Origin: an uncultured virus (IMG/VR IMGVR_UViG_2660238032_000003)
Lineage: Duplodnaviria > Heunggongvirae > Uroviricota > Caudoviricetes
Direction: 5' to 3' (one strand)
Virus record (IMG/VR): IMGVR_UViG_2660238032_000003
DNA length: 64,000 bases
The first letter of the stretch is position 1, and each line of letters begins with the position of its first letter. The position numbers and the translations under genes are program-made. This document shows, in pieces, positions 30,870 to 40,388 of the stretch. The notes beneath the pieces were generated by a model. It did no database searches, had not been told where the DNA came from, and saw only the letters and a list, made by a program, of their open reading frames with translations.

Positions 30870-31559
30870 TTAAACTTTTACTATATAATCCATATGAACA
30901 TAACCACCATGGTCACCGTAATAAGTATGTAGCCATTGTCCTTCAACTCTATAAGCCGTTACTATTTGTCCTTTGTATAATGTACCAATAATATCATTTT
31001 CAGTTCCTGGACCACTTCTAACGTTTAATGCACTTGCAGTAACTTTAGCTTTATCACCGTCTTTAAATTTTGATTCTTGTGAAGGTCTATTATCTTGTAA
31101 GCCACCACTATAACTATTTGAGCTAGTACTAGTTATAGTTTCTATCTTTATTTCTCTACTAGTTCTAAAAGTTATATTAAAATAAATATCTTCTAATTCT
31201 CCAGCAACAAATTCATAAGTGAATTTACTTATAGATACTAATTCATTTACATCTATATCCGTTATTATTAACCTTAATGGTTGTTCTATATCTTGCCAGC
31301 CTTCTATTAACTTTTTACTATTCAAAGGTGTATCTAAATACATTTCTCTGCAATAAGATTCATCATACTCTTTTGGAAATAAAGAATTAAAACTTATTTC
31401 TCTTATTTTTTCTCCTTTTTGATTTATATCAACTTCACCAAAGTCTAATATATCTGCTGTAATGTATCTTTTTTCTTTCGATAACGATAAAGAATTTAAA
31501 GGGTTAACTGGAAAATGGAATTTATAATTTTTAGCTTCATCTATTAAATATATATCCAT
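30870..31559 (-). CDS. XkdP-like tail protein with a C-terminal SH3b domain
   Basis: FPVNP, FNSLFP, PLRLIIT; C-terminal LNVRSGPGT...GYVHMDY. Confidence 0.8.
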   Translation of the reverse strand: MDIYLIDEAKNYKFHFPVNPLNSLSLSKEKRYITADILDFGEVDINQKGEKIREISFNSLFPKEYDESYCREMYLDTPLNSKKLIEGWQDIEQPLRLIITDIDVNELVSISKFTYEFVAGELEDIYFNITFRTSREIKIETITSTSSNSYSGGLQDNRPSQESKFKDGDKAKVTASALNVRSGPGTENDIIGTLYKGQIVTAYRVEGQWLHTYYGDHGGYVHMDYIVKV

Positions 31560-31595
31560 GTAAATCCCTCTCTTTTTTCTATTTCTGAATACATA

Positions 31596-31697
31596 AAAAG
31601 CACCTACAACTAGTGTAAGTGCTTTAAAAATATTTCTATAATTATTATACTATATTTTCAACTTGTATTTTATCAACTTTTTCTCATTTTCTTATCA
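31596..31697 (-). promoter_or_regulatory. Late-promoter motif copy 1 followed by a terminator-like hairpin
   Basis: TGATAAGAAAATGAGAAAAA (31678-31697), TATAAT at 31644-31649, hairpin AAAGCACTTACA..TGTAGGTGCTTTT. Confidence 0.6.
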
Positions 31698-32288
31698 TTA
31701 TTTTAAATTAAATTGAACATAACTTTTTGATCCAGAATTTTTATTCTTTATAAGTTCAGGCTCGGTATCTTTAGGTACTTCAAATACTATCTGAGTTTTT
31801 TTGAATACATTTGGATTTAACGGTTTATATATTCCTATATAACTATCATCATCATGTTCGTTCTTCACATTTAAATGGTTTGTTATAGTACTTTCTGCAC
31901 TATAAGTTTTTTTATTATTATCAACTAATAGAAAATCATCTGCACTATATCCTGATTCCAAAGTAGCATCATTAGCAGCAATCTCTATATCTACTACAAC
32001 ATATTTATTATCTGTTATAAAACTTTTACTAGTTCCTTTTATTTTTATTACTTCGTTATATCCTAAAGTTTTTAATTGATAGTTTCCGCTTTTTCCAACT
32101 TCATTAAGTTTATAGCCTTTATTATTTTCTTCTTTTTTTATATTATCTGTTTTGGTATTATCAACTTCAATTATGCTATGGATTTCTTTTTCTGTGTTTT
32201 TATTTACCTTATTATTATTTGTACACCCTACTAAAGAAAATCCTAATATAGATATTAAACTAAAAATCAATAGTTTATGTTTTTTCAT
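31698..32288 (-). CDS. DUF4352-like lipoprotein (moron)
   Basis: Lipobox VGC; DFLLVDNNKKTY, LNP....QIVFEVP. Confidence 0.75.
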   Translation of the reverse strand: MKKHKLLIFSLISILGFSLVGCTNNNKVNKNTEKEIHSIIEVDNTKTDNIKKEENNKGYKLNEVGKSGNYQLKTLGYNEVIKIKGTSKSFITDNKYVVVDIEIAANDATLESGYSADDFLLVDNNKKTYSAESTITNHLNVKNEHDDDSYIGIYKPLNPNVFKKTQIVFEVPKDTEPELIKNKNSGSKSYVQFNLK

Positions 32289-32328
32289 TTATTATCACCC
32301 CTCATTCTAAATTATAACATATGCTTCA

Positions 32329-35300
32329 TTATTTTTTAATATTTGTAAGGACTTCTTTAAGCTTTCTTCCCACTTCATTTGTTACCTCACAAACTATTCC
32401 ATTAACATCTGTATCATTATTATTTACTTGAACATCAACTTGAATATTATTTCCACCAGCACCAATAGTTTGGACTTGTGGATTATAAATAGGTGCTTGA
32501 CCTAAATTGCTTAAAAATGATTTAGTTTCTCCATTATTAAGCACTTTTTCTCCACCTTTAAAGTCATATAAACTTCTTCCTAATACTAGCTCCATGCCAC
32601 GCTCGCCTACTGAGTTAATACCTGACATTGCATTATTCGTTCCAGTATAATTTTGCTTTCCCCATCTAATAGTTTCTCTTGATAAACTATTAGGAGCACC
32701 GACTAAATCAGTTTCTATTTCACTTGCTGGTTTTGTAATTTTACTACTTGAGTTATTTGGGTTTTGTCCTACCATTCCAACAACACCATTAGTTTGTATT
32801 TCAGCAAACTTTGTTCCAAATGTAGTATTATCCCACCATTGCTTTAACCTTCCCCAAAAAGTTAAAATTTGACCTGTGTTAATATCTACACTTGTTTCTA
32901 AATCTCCATAAGCCTGTTTTAACATATCAATCCCTTGACTTCTAGTTGCATCTGCGGCAGCTATAGTTTCATCACGTTGTCTTGCTGCTTCATCAATCAT
33001 TTTATTTGCTGTTTCTTCTGCTTTTTGACCACCTTCTGCTCTTATCTGCTCTGCTATATTAACTCTTGCAGCATATTCAGCATTAGCTGCATCTACAGTT
33101 TGTTGTCTTTGTTCATTTAACTTTTGAACTATATCAGCAGCAGTTTCAGCAGTTATTCTTCCTGTTTGGTCTTTTATTCTTCCTAAAATAATTGCACTTT
33201 CTTTTTCAGTTTCAGAAAGAGAAGTTATTGCTGTAGTTCTCATTGAAGCTTGAAGTTGAGATATTGTACTATTTTCTTCCTCAGTTGTTGTTCTATTTTG
33301 TAAACTTGCTTCACTCAATATCCTATTTATTTCATTCATAGCATTTTGAGTAGTTGTTTTTTGTTTACTATAATGATTTTCTATTTGTGTCATAATATTA
33401 TCTTGTTCTTCTGATGTTAATTTAGTATTATTATTAAACATTATTTGTATTTTACTTAAACTATTATTTAAATCCTTATCCAATTCTTTTGTAATAGTAC
33501 TACCCATAGTTGAAAACTTAGTTTTTAAATCATTCGCCAAATCTGTTGATACTGTCTTAGATGTGAATTTCATATTTAATAATGTTCTTTGTACACTATT
33601 GTCCATTTCCATATAAGCACCTACAGCTTCTTTTGTAGCATCAGATATTTTTGTAATTTCTTGGCTCATTCCATTCATTCCTGAAACATTTGTAGAATCT
33701 TTTAAATAATCTATTTTATCTGCAAATAAATCCACAGCTGGAACAACTTCTTTACTTAATTGTTTAGCTGCTACTACTCCGGCAATTCCTATTCCAGCTA
33801 TAACTAATCCTGTTGGAGATAATAAAGCTGGTATTATTTTAGATGCTAGTCCTAAGCCTTGCATTGCACCAGTAGTTTTCACAAGTGCCTCTGCGGTTGC
33901 AGCTGTTTTAAATCCACCTAATAATTTTCCAAATGTTCCTACTGTAGTTCCTATTTTATTAATTGCAGACATTCCAACAAATGCTCCTGTTAATCCTAAG
34001 AAAGCACCTCCTGCTGTTTTAATAGTTCCTATATTATTACTTATAGTATCTACAAATTTTACAACTGAATCTGTAATATTAGGTATTTTAGCAGTAAACC
34101 ATGTTACGAATTGTTTAGCATAAGGTGCTAATTTTTCCCCAAGTTCTATTTTCATTCCTTCTACAGCACTTTTAAGAATAGTCCATTGTCCTGCTAAATT
34201 ATCTAATTTAGTTTTTGCCATTTCATCAGCAGCGCCTTTTGTTTCTGTAAGCTTTTTACTTAAATCGCCTAAACTTTGTCCACCTTGATTCATTAATGCA
34301 AGCACACCTGACATTGATTCAGTACCAAATACAGTTGAAATAATATCTGCTCTTTTTTGACTTGTAAGTTTCCCTAATGATGAATTTAAATTATTTATGA
34401 CTCCGTTTAATGGTTTCATATTTCCTTGAGCATCAAAAGCATTAATTCCATAAGCTTTCATAACTTTAGCAGCTTCTTTAGTTGGACTTGCAAGCCTTGC
34501 CATAGTTTGTCTTAAAATTGTACCTGCTTGGCTACCCTTTATATTAGCATTAGATAATAATCCACTTGCTGCCGCAGTATCTTCAAAACTTATTCCTAAA
34601 GCCTGTGCAACTGGTGCTGCATATTTCATTGTTTCTCCTAAATCAGTAACATCAGAGTTTGTAGCACTTGCTGATAGTGCTAATACATCTGCTACATGTG
34701 ATGTCTGTGATGCATCTATATTAAAAGCTCTCAAAGTACCACTTTCAATATCTGTTGCAGCTGCTAAATCCAAACCTCCTGCACTTGCTAAACTTAACAA
34801 TCCTGGCAATGCAGAAGTAGTTTCCTTAACACTAAAACCAGCCTGTCCTAAAAGTTCTTCTGCCTGAGTTACTTGTACTGCTGACCATGCTGTACTAGCT
34901 CCTAAGCTTTTAGCTGTGTCTTTTAAAATCTTCATTTCGGTATCTGTTGCTTGTGTTACTGCTTTTACATTAGATAATCCCTGTTCAAATTCACTAAAAG
35001 TTTTAATAGATGAACCTATTCCTAAGCCACCTAATGCTACAGTTCCTGCTAATCCTATAGATATTACCTTTTTAGCACCCGTTTTTATCCAACTATTTAA
35101 TTTGCTTTGAGCTTTATTTATAACAGATGTCGCTTCATCTTTAGCTTTAATTCGTGCTGTTGCTGTTTTATTACTTAACTTTTCTGTCTTAGATTTTATT
35201 TTATCTATTGCTGTTGATGCTGTATCTCTAAGCTTTACACTAGGACTTGCTGTTAACTTATCTAAATCTCTAACTTTTTTCTTAACTTTTTCAGTGCTTT

Positions 35301-35388
35301 TTTCTACTTCTGTTAAGACTTTTTTAGACTGTTTGTCTCCATCAACTTTTATATTTATTCCTAATCTGTAAACTTCCTTTTTGGCCAA
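32329..35388 (-). CDS. Tail tape measure protein
   Basis: TP901-type core (FE..LSNVKAV, LGETMKYAAP, GIKGSQAGT-like segment); long helical protein. Confidence 0.93.
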   Translation of the reverse strand: MAKKEVYRLGINIKVDGDKQSKKVLTEVEKSTEKVKKKVRDLDKLTASPSVKLRDTASTAIDKIKSKTEKLSNKTATARIKAKDEATSVINKAQSKLNSWIKTGAKKVISIGLAGTVALGGLGIGSSIKTFSEFEQGLSNVKAVTQATDTEMKILKDTAKSLGASTAWSAVQVTQAEELLGQAGFSVKETTSALPGLLSLASAGGLDLAAATDIESGTLRAFNIDASQTSHVADVLALSASATNSDVTDLGETMKYAAPVAQALGISFEDTAAASGLLSNANIKGSQAGTILRQTMARLASPTKEAAKVMKAYGINAFDAQGNMKPLNGVINNLNSSLGKLTSQKRADIISTVFGTESMSGVLALMNQGGQSLGDLSKKLTETKGAADEMAKTKLDNLAGQWTILKSAVEGMKIELGEKLAPYAKQFVTWFTAKIPNITDSVVKFVDTISNNIGTIKTAGGAFLGLTGAFVGMSAINKIGTTVGTFGKLLGGFKTAATAEALVKTTGAMQGLGLASKIIPALLSPTGLVIAGIGIAGVVAAKQLSKEVVPAVDLFADKIDYLKDSTNVSGMNGMSQEITKISDATKEAVGAYMEMDNSVQRTLLNMKFTSKTVSTDLANDLKTKFSTMGSTITKELDKDLNNSLSKIQIMFNNNTKLTSEEQDNIMTQIENHYSKQKTTTQNAMNEINRILSEASLQNRTTTEEENSTISQLQASMRTTAITSLSETEKESAIILGRIKDQTGRITAETAADIVQKLNEQRQQTVDAANAEYAARVNIAEQIRAEGGQKAEETANKMIDEAARQRDETIAAADATRSQGIDMLKQAYGDLETSVDINTGQILTFWGRLKQWWDNTTFGTKFAEIQTNGVVGMVGQNPNNSSSKITKPASEIETDLVGAPNSLSRETIRWGKQNYTGTNNAMSGINSVGERGMELVLGRSLYDFKGGEKVLNNGETKSFLSNLGQAPIYNPQVQTIGAGGNNIQVDVQVNNNDTDVNGIVCEVTNEVGRKLKEVLTNIKK

Positions 35389-35406
35389 GCTTTCACCTCC
35401 TTAAGA

Positions 35407-35450
35407 ATAAAAAATAAAGGGGGAACTATTTTTATTTAGTTCCCCCTCTT
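35407..35450 (-). terminator. Internal terminator before the tape measure gene
   Basis: AGGGGGAACTA/TAGTTCCCCCT stem followed by a T-rich run. Confidence 0.65.
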
Positions 35451-35624
35451 TGATTTTTCAATTTCTTTATTCTGTTTTTGTACTTCATAGTCACTAAATA
35501 CCATCATTAATTTTTGTGAAATTTTATTATTAGGTATTCCATAAAAAACATGTGGCATTATATGATGCATAGTGAAAATATTGTAAAGGCGAGTTATTAT
35601 TCCTCCTCGCCTGATAAGTTTTTT
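35436..35624 (-). CDS. -1 frameshift extension of the tail assembly chaperone
   Basis: Slippery A AAA AAC at 35624-35618, downstream stem AGGCGAG/CTCGCCT, -1 frame open to TAA at 35436. Confidence 0.75.
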   Translation of the reverse strand, partial: KKLIRRGGIITRLYNIFTMHHIMPHVFYGIPNNKISQKLMMVFSDYEVQKQNKEIEKSKRGN

Positions 35625-36040
35625 ATGTCTTCTGCATCACTTAGTTCATCATTATATCCACTAAGATCTAATACTTTATTAACTAAATTTGTCCTTTCTC
35701 CAGCTAATAATTTTCTTAATATAAATTGCTTTCCATCACTCAAACTATACTTTTCTAATAACTTAGGATTATTCCAATCAAAATTAGTAGTAGCACCTAT
35801 AATTAATGCAGCATCATATTCTTCTCCATTTAACTTTTCTTCTGCAACACCTTTTATCTTTCTTTTTGAAGTACATTTTTCTCTTATTTTTTTAATTTCT
35901 ACAGTATTAAGACCTTTTAACTCTACTGGTATTCCTATTCTTTCAATAACTACTACAGCCTTAGGAACCTCAACTTCTCCTAATAATTTTTTAATTATAT
36001 CCTCTTCTTGCATTTCTAAAACATTATTTTCTGTATTCAT
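35597..36040 (-). CDS. XkdN-like tail assembly chaperone
   Basis: IREKCT, W.NPKL, LLAGE...L...VLDLSGY; follows the tube gene. Confidence 0.85.
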   Translation of the reverse strand: MNTENNVLEMQEEDIIKKLLGEVEVPKAVVVIERIGIPVELKGLNTVEIKKIREKCTSKRKIKGVAEEKLNGEEYDAALIIGATTNFDWNNPKLLEKYSLSDGKQFILRKLLAGERTNLVNKVLDLSGYNDELSDAEDIKNLSGEEE

Positions 36041-36100
36041 AATTAATAATTCCTCACTTTCATCTTTTAAAATTCTAATAAATAAAAATAACTGCTAATT

Positions 36101-36523
36101 TTAATCAGCAGTTATTGGATCAAGTAAATCAAACCCACTAAATACAAAAGGCATCTCTTCTTCTATTACTTCTCCAGGTTTAAAGTTTACTAAATTTATC
36201 TTTGTAAATTGACAATTCTTTAATCTTATTCTTTCAGCTCCATAAGCTTCAGGATCATCTAATTCGGTCAATAACTCAAATCTATTAAATCCTTGTTGAG
36301 TCATTTCTGATGTAACCTTCCATCCTTTAAGTGTTCCTGAACCTTTTTTAAGTCCACCCTTATATCCTATCCAATCACTGCCCACAGTTGGAGTCTCTTT
36401 CATATCTCTTTCTACATCAGCAGTACATTCAGATACTTGCGGATATTCCTTTCCATCTTTAAAAACTCTTCCATAAGTACCTGAACAAATTCTACTTGAA
36501 TCAAGTTCTTTTTTTGTAGACAT
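36101..36523 (-). CDS. Tail tube protein (XkdM-like)
   Basis: GTYG, LDDPEAYGAERI, EEEMPFVF. Confidence 0.9.
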   Translation of the reverse strand: MSTKKELDSSRICSGTYGRVFKDGKEYPQVSECTADVERDMKETPTVGSDWIGYKGGLKKGSGTLKGWKVTSEMTQQGFNRFELLTELDDPEAYGAERIRLKNCQFTKINLVNFKPGEVIEEEMPFVFSGFDLLDPITAD

Positions 36524-36543
36524 TAAAACACATCCTCTCTATT

Positions 36544-37959
36544 CTATTTTAAATTACCTGTACTGAAAATCTTCTTTATGACATTTATATATTCAGCATC
36601 CCACTTCCAGAAGAATTCATCTGATTGAGCGTTCTTTTGTAATTCTTCATCTGTTTCTATATTAAATTTAGCTATAATGCCCAATTTTTGATAAGTTTCA
36701 AAGAATGTTTTTAATCCACACAATGTTACTGTATGTCCTGTTTCATCATTTGAAATTTTACCTATATAGTCCTTTCCAGCACCTGCTGTTTGCTTGTTTA
36801 CTGTATTGATAAATCTAATTGCTCTAATATTACCTAATGCTTCCTCTTTTTCATTCTTATAGTTTTTATAAGTATTTACATCATCTACAATAACTACTTC
36901 ATTATCTATTACATCAAATACTATAGTTCCAGATTCTAATGCACTTTCTATTTCAGTTCTTGATAAACGAGGTTCTACACTATCAAATATGGTAGTTTCA
37001 TTACAGACAGATTCTTTTAAATTCTTTCCTAGTGCTAAAGCAGCAACATATACAGCTACTTCTGCTGCTGTGTAAGTAATTCCATCATAAGTAGTTGATT
37101 TTAAGTAAACATTGTGCATTAAGTAATCATTGTACTCTTTTGATTTTGAATTAGCCTGACTTAAACTTTCTGAATTACTTGCTAAAAATGCTAATATATC
37201 AAGTCCTTCTTTTTTGCATTCATTGATCCATGTTTTAACACTTGTGTGTAATCCTACATCTGTAACACCATCTAATGTAAACCCATCTATTCCATGACTT
37301 TCAAATGCTTTCATTGCTTTTAAATATTCAGTATTAGTTATATTAGATGCACCATCATTACCACCTGTAAATTTATCATTTACCATATCCGCTAATGTTC
37401 CTGTTGCATTTTCAACTTTTGAAGCAACAATATAATCGCTTAGAGCAGATTTGTTTATTTTATCTACTATTTCATCAATACTTCCAGTTAAATCACTAAC
37501 TTCAACTAATTGAGTAGTATTTTCATATAAAATAATATCTTTAGCAGACTCATTAATTATGTTTGTTCTTATGGTTACATTAAATGCTCTTGAGCTTGGA
37601 TATATTGTTTGCAACTTAATTACATTAGTTGGAGAACTTTCAGTATTTTTAAGAATTAATTCCCCTGGTTTAGCAGCACTATCAACAAGTCTATAAAGTA
37701 ATAATTCTTTCGGTTTTCCTAATAAAGCTAATTTTCCTAGCTTATATGCTGTAAAATTTGCATTGTTACCAAAAGCATTTTTTAAGTGTCTTTCTTGAGA
37801 AACAGAAACAACTTTATTTACTGGACCCCAATCACTTTTTACTGGCATAGATAAAACACCTTGAATGTTATTAGCTGATTCTTCTGCTACTATTTGCATA
37901 CGGTGATAAAACCCTGGAATTTTAGGTTTATCTTTTTCACTCCATGTACCTTTTGCCAT
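36544..37959 (-). CDS. Tail sheath protein (XkdK-like)
   Basis: PGFY, SDWGP, FTGGNDG, IVDDVNT, IR.IR. Confidence 0.9.
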   Translation of the reverse strand: MAKGTWSEKDKPKIPGFYHRMQIVAEESANNIQGVLSMPVKSDWGPVNKVVSVSQERHLKNAFGNNANFTAYKLGKLALLGKPKELLLYRLVDSAAKPGELILKNTESSPTNVIKLQTIYPSSRAFNVTIRTNIINESAKDIILYENTTQLVEVSDLTGSIDEIVDKINKSALSDYIVASKVENATGTLADMVNDKFTGGNDGASNITNTEYLKAMKAFESHGIDGFTLDGVTDVGLHTSVKTWINECKKEGLDILAFLASNSESLSQANSKSKEYNDYLMHNVYLKSTTYDGITYTAAEVAVYVAALALGKNLKESVCNETTIFDSVEPRLSRTEIESALESGTIVFDVIDNEVVIVDDVNTYKNYKNEKEEALGNIRAIRFINTVNKQTAGAGKDYIGKISNDETGHTVTLCGLKTFFETYQKLGIIAKFNIETDEELQKNAQSDEFFWKWDAEYINVIKKIFSTGNLK

Positions 37960-38181
37960 TTATTCAACCTTCTTTCCTAAAAATTCTTTAACTATCTTTA
38001 TAAATTTAGTTTTATTTAATTCTCTTTCTTTGCAATTAAATAAAGCACCTGTAACTATAATTTTGTTATAGCCAAGTGCTTCAGCATTATCTATAAATGT
38101 TTGTATAGGATATGTTGATTCTTCTACAACATCAGTTTTATCAATTGTTGTAATTTCTTTTTTATCAGCCAAATTCATCAC
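37960..38181 (-). CDS. Phage hypothetical protein
   Basis: 73-aa ORF ending EFLGKKVE, before the sheath gene. Confidence 0.65.
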   Translation of the reverse strand: MMNLADKKEITTIDKTDVVEESTYPIQTFIDNAEALGYNKIIVTGALFNCKERELNKTKFIKIVKEFLGKKVE

Positions 38182-39005
38182 TCCTTCAATATTCCTGAAC
38201 CATAAATTTTATTTATTTTAGGAATTTCTTTTCTTTCAATCATCTTTCTTCTAGAAAACTTAACTGTTAGTTGTCCTTTACTTAGCATATCTGCTTCTCT
38301 ATCTTCTTCTATACTTTCTATAGTAAGATAACGCCTATCAGCTAAATCTAAAGGTATCTTTAAGTCAGTAACAAGCTTATCTTCTATATCTTCTAATAAC
38401 TTATTAATCTCATTTTTATTGGTACTTGCAATATGGCATATAAGAGTTTTACTTTCTTTTATAAGACTATTACTTATTCTTTCTTTTTCCTGGTTTTGCA
38501 CTCTCCATAAAATTGAAGGTACTTCAAAGTTTTGTTTCCAATTATTAAGATAAATAGGCAATTTAATAATGTCTTTGGTGTAATCACTCAGAGCATCTAG
38601 CCACTTATCTGTATTAATTTCATTTTCTTCATGTAAAGATATAACAGTAAATCTTAATCCTCTTGTTATTGCTTGCCATTCTTCATCTATAAGGTCTTGT
38701 CCTATTGTTCCATTAAATATACAAGTAAATGTTTCATTAGTCTTTAAATCCTCTATTACTTGCATATCTAACGTTTTTATTACTTCTTCTACAAGTTTAT
38801 CAAGATTTTTAAAAGTAGTCTTATCCTCATATAACCATATTTCTATAGTTCTTTTAAAACCTACTACTTCTCCATTATCATCATCAGAACCTTGTAAAAC
38901 TACTGCATAGGGTTTCAATGTATCTTTATTAGGTACAGATGGTTCATAGCATCCTTTTAAATTTTTAACTGTATCTAAAAGTTTCTGCCTTATTCCATGT
39001 CTCAT
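38178..39005 (-). CDS. Putative tail terminator/completion protein
   Basis: Position between the neck and sheath genes. Confidence 0.6.
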   Translation of the reverse strand: MRHGIRQKLLDTVKNLKGCYEPSVPNKDTLKPYAVVLQGSDDDNGEVVGFKRTIEIWLYEDKTTFKNLDKLVEEVIKTLDMQVIEDLKTNETFTCIFNGTIGQDLIDEEWQAITRGLRFTVISLHEENEINTDKWLDALSDYTKDIIKLPIYLNNWKQNFEVPSILWRVQNQEKERISNSLIKESKTLICHIASTNKNEINKLLEDIEDKLVTDLKIPLDLADRRYLTIESIEEDREADMLSKGQLTVKFSRRKMIERKEIPKINKIYGSGILKE

Positions 39006-39410
39006 TTAATCACTCCAATACTCAGTAATTATATTTATTACTTCACCCTTACTCTCTTCTAAAGTATTTTCAAAAGTATGAAAACCTTCCGTACCAGGAT
39101 GATTAACTTTTTTAACTGGATGTGCTGCACCTTTCCAATACAAAGTTTTACCATTCTTAGGTGTTATAATATGTGGTTTACTTCCTTCTTCTAGAATTTC
39201 TCCATAACTAACTCCATGATTAAGTGAGATTTTATAATCTCCATTTCCTCCTATAGATTCAGAACTAATACCCTGTCTAGCATTAGCAGTTCTATCTTTC
39301 CAATTAGCACTATTTTTAGCCTTACCTTCTAAACTTTTAGCTATAACTTGGCATAATAAGGTCATTCCTGCTTTTTTCCTATCAATAAATTTAATAACTT
39401 CAAAACTCAT
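39006..39410 (-). CDS. HK97 gp10-like neck protein
   Basis: AKNSANWKDRTANARQGI, YGEILEEG, VNHPGT. Confidence 0.75.
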   Translation of the reverse strand: MSFEVIKFIDRKKAGMTLLCQVIAKSLEGKAKNSANWKDRTANARQGISSESIGGNGDYKISLNHGVSYGEILEEGSKPHIITPKNGKTLYWKGAAHPVKKVNHPGTEGFHTFENTLEESKGEVINIITEYWSD

Positions 39411-39411
39411 C

Positions 39412-39804
39412 TTAATCATACCTTTCAAGATCACATAAGTAACCACAAACAATATTTTCAACTACAATAGGATAAGTAGCTTCTATTTTCATATTTCCTT
39501 CTAAGCACTTAAATTTAATAGCTTCTTTAGGATTAGCTTCTATATCTGCATCTTTATCAGCTAACATTTTGTATTTATTAGAGATATATGATGTTCCTTG
39601 AGTTTTACTATCTATTACTACCTTATTTGAATTATCATCTAAATAAATAATAACATTGAGTTTTTTTACAGTTTCAATTTTCTCAAAAGCTCCATCAACT
39701 TCTTTTTTCTTAATTTGTTTAATGTTTATTTCAGTCGGATTGGCTGATATACCTTTATTAATTACATCTATAATCTTTTTAGCCTTTAATTTAGCCACTA
39801 GCAA
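39412..39804 (-). CDS. Putative head-closure protein
   Basis: Position in the neck cluster; start codon uncertain. Confidence 0.55.
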   Translation of the reverse strand: MLVAKLKAKKIIDVINKGISANPTEINIKQIKKKEVDGAFEKIETVKKLNVIIYLDDNSNKVVIDSKTQGTSYISNKYKMLADKDADIEANPKEAIKFKCLEGNMKIEATYPIVVENIVCGYLCDLERYD

Positions 39805-40118
39805 CCATCTGCCCTTCTCATAGATGTTTTATATCCTGTAGTTTTATTTGGTGTTAAATAAGCCCGTTCTTGTAAATAATCTGCTTGATATATTGCAGCT
39901 AAGTTATTCCAATAATCAGGATCAGCATTTTCTATTTCTATAGGTCCTACTTTTATTTTTTTATCTGTATTAGCTTTCATTAAGCAACCACGCCAACTAG
40001 CTTTTAAAACATTATTGTCATTTACAGCTAATAGATTATTTAATTCTTCATAACTGAATACCGGATATTGGCTTTCATTAAGATTTATTTTTAATGTTTC
40101 TAAAGGTGTAAGTTCCAT
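39798..40118 (-). CDS. Putative head-tail connector
   Basis: LKINLNE..YP.F..EEL motif; position after the capsid gene. Confidence 0.6.
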   Translation of the reverse strand: MELTPLETLKINLNESQYPVFSYEELNNLLAVNDNNVLKASWRGCLMKANTDKKIKVGPIEIENADPDYWNNLAAIYQADYLQERAYLTPNKTTGYKTSMRRADGC

Positions 40119-40120
40119 TC

Positions 40121-40330
40121 TTATTCACCTTCCTGTCCTTCTCCTTGTACCTCTGCTGCTTCAATTTCTTCTATATCTGCATATCGTTTTAATTCTTCTA
40201 CATCTTTTTCAGCTATATAAAATTTATCTCCAATATTTAAAAATTGTCCTACATACTTGATACATTGCCTTGCAGTTCCTTTGTATTGTTTTTCTTCTAT
40301 TGTTTCTTTATTTTCATTCCTTTTAGCCAC
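40121..40330 (-). CDS. Phage hypothetical protein
   Basis: 69-aa ORF after the capsid gene, with RBS. Confidence 0.55.
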   Translation of the reverse strand: MAKRNENKETIEEKQYKGTARQCIKYVGQFLNIGDKFYIAEKDVEELKRYADIEEIEAAEVQGEGQEGE

Positions 40331-40388
40331 TATAAACTCATCCTTTCATAATTAAAATTAAAAGAGTAGCCTTATTGACTACTCTTAC

